Source: the human T2T-CHM13v2.0 reference genome, Homo sapiens
Reading direction: 5' to 3' (one strand)
Length of the DNA: 64,000 nucleotides
Assembly: GCF_009914755.1 (NCBI RefSeq)
Contig: NC_060937.1
The notes beneath the pieces are model-generated. The model saw only the letters and a list, made by a program, of their open reading frames with translations, did no database searches and had not been told where the DNA came from. Positions 18,267 to 64,000 of this stretch are shown piece after piece. Both the position numbers and the translations under genes were made by a program. Numbering within the stretch: position 1 is the first letter of the stretch; each line of letters opens with the position of its first letter.

Positions 18267-18944
18267 GTAGCACCCAGCACCAAAGAGGAAATAATAATGA
18301 TTTTCTGTAGACATAAGGCTAACCAGTGTTTATAACGCAAAGATAACCTCCCTTCAGAGTCCCCCCAAGCTTAGGTGAAGTTGGTTGTGAGCAGGAGTAG
18401 TGAATTTCAAAATAATACACCTAGATTAAGAATATTTGACTTCACTTACAATTTTATACAAAAGCAGAAGTTACCAAAGATTACTTATCTTCATATTTAC
18501 CACAGTCTTCTTACCCCAACCCCCATGTCTGTGTGTAATTAAAGGAAGCTTGTCAAGTAAGCTACCTATTTAATGCTCGGAATGAAAGAGAGTGTGTGTT
18601 GGGAGTTGGGGAACTGCTTATGTGAAACATTTCTCTCTTCTGGATTTAAAACTTAGTCTTGGTTGCCAATCTGTTAACAGACTGTTTGTAAATGAAGGGG
18701 AAGAAAAATATATAAATTAGCTTTCTAATAAATCTGAAATTACAAATGTGAACCAAAGCAGGGAATAAATACTTGACCAAAAATATGTAAGTAAGTGGGT
18801 GTTGGGGAATCACAATTTTTAAATATCTCAAGTTTTTGCTATGAAAGTTCTATTTCAAAGTTCTTCAAAATGATGCCTGATGTTCCTGCATACTGTGTTC
18901 CAAATTTATGTAAATACAAGATGGAAAGTGTGAAGTATGTGCCT

Positions 18945-18990
18945 TCAAAAAAGAAGAAAAACACTGACATTTTATCTATATATATTTAAT
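18945..18990 (-). terminator. Probable TPTE2 polyadenylation signal (ATTAAA) with a downstream GU/U-rich element
   Basis: ATTAAA at 18990-18985, ~165 nt past the stop, followed ~20 nt later by TGTCAGTGTTTTTCTTCTTTTT on the minus strand. Confidence 0.65.
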
Positions 18991-19154
18991 AGATTTATGA
19001 AGAACATATATAAACATATATAAATATAGATGCATCATCAAGGAAGACTTAGGACACATGAACATGTGGCAGGGGTTGGAAAGAACATAATTCTTTCCCA
19101 GAAGGGGAAGGGGGAGCTATACTTAGTCGGATCCAGCTACAACATCATTGGAAG

Positions 19155-63438
<44,284 letters not shown>

Positions 63439-63694
63439 CTGTAATATAAAAAAAAAAAAAAAAAGTTCATTTCCCTCTGCAAGAAGAGACAGGAATATTT
63501 AAAGACCACAAACTATTGACTCATCCCCATTAAGAATTCTACTATCATGAATTATTTAAAATGTATTTTCTAGAGTAGACTAAGGGAAAAACATAACATT
63601 CATGGGAAGTTTTCAAACAATAAAATTATATTCATCATTTGACATTTATATGTGACTAAAACACCAACATGGCAATTCAAACATAATAAGAGAT

Positions 63695-64000
63695 ATAACT
63701 AAATGTGTAATAATCACCCTTATTGTGGACAATGGGGTATCTATCCCCTCAAGCATTTATCATTCACGTTACAAACAATCCAATTACACTCTTTCAGTCA
63801 TTTAAAAATATACAATCAAGTTATTGTTGACTATGGTCAATCTGTTGTGCTATCAAATAGTAGGCGTTACTCATTCTATTTTTTTGTACCCATTAGCCAT
63901 CCCCACCTCCCCACCCCCAAGCCCCTACTACCATTCCCAGCCTCTGATGATCATCTTTCTACTCTCTAGGTCTATGAATTCAATTGCTTTTTTTTTTTTT
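63695..64000 (-). mobile_element. L1MA 3' end fragment
   Basis: TACAAACAATCCAATTACACTCTTT and CCCAGCCTCTGATGATCATCTTTCTACTCTCT motifs. Confidence 0.7.

Overview
This window is primate, almost certainly human, genomic DNA. It is AT-rich, dense in Alu and L1 repeats, and has no CpG island. Its main feature is the 3' three-quarters of TPTE2 (TPIP, the voltage-sensing PTEN-like lipid phosphatase) on the minus strand. I reconstructed 14 GT-AG exons by hand (63438 down to the stop at 19155). They join into one uninterrupted 1177-nt frame covering S3-S4, the linker, the HCKGGKGR catalytic loop and the C2 domain. Converging on it from the plus strand are two duplicated pseudogene fragments: the last exon of a PARP4 copy (3863-4058) and a SLC25A15 copy that keeps only three exons. 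TPTE2 introns hold a full-length cytochrome c retrocopy with an open 105-aa frame nested in an L1, a U2 snRNA fragment, and a head-to-head pair of MER85 piggyBac MITEs. Two HERV-K-class solo LTRs lie upstream of the SLC25A15 fragment. Nearly all ORFs in the supplied track are Alu/L1 artefacts or chance. I found no convincing wholly new biological system. The findings are structural and evolutionary oddities of a mosaic segmental duplication. Comparisons with reference proteins, repeat consensus sequences and pseudogene numbering are from memory, not from a search.
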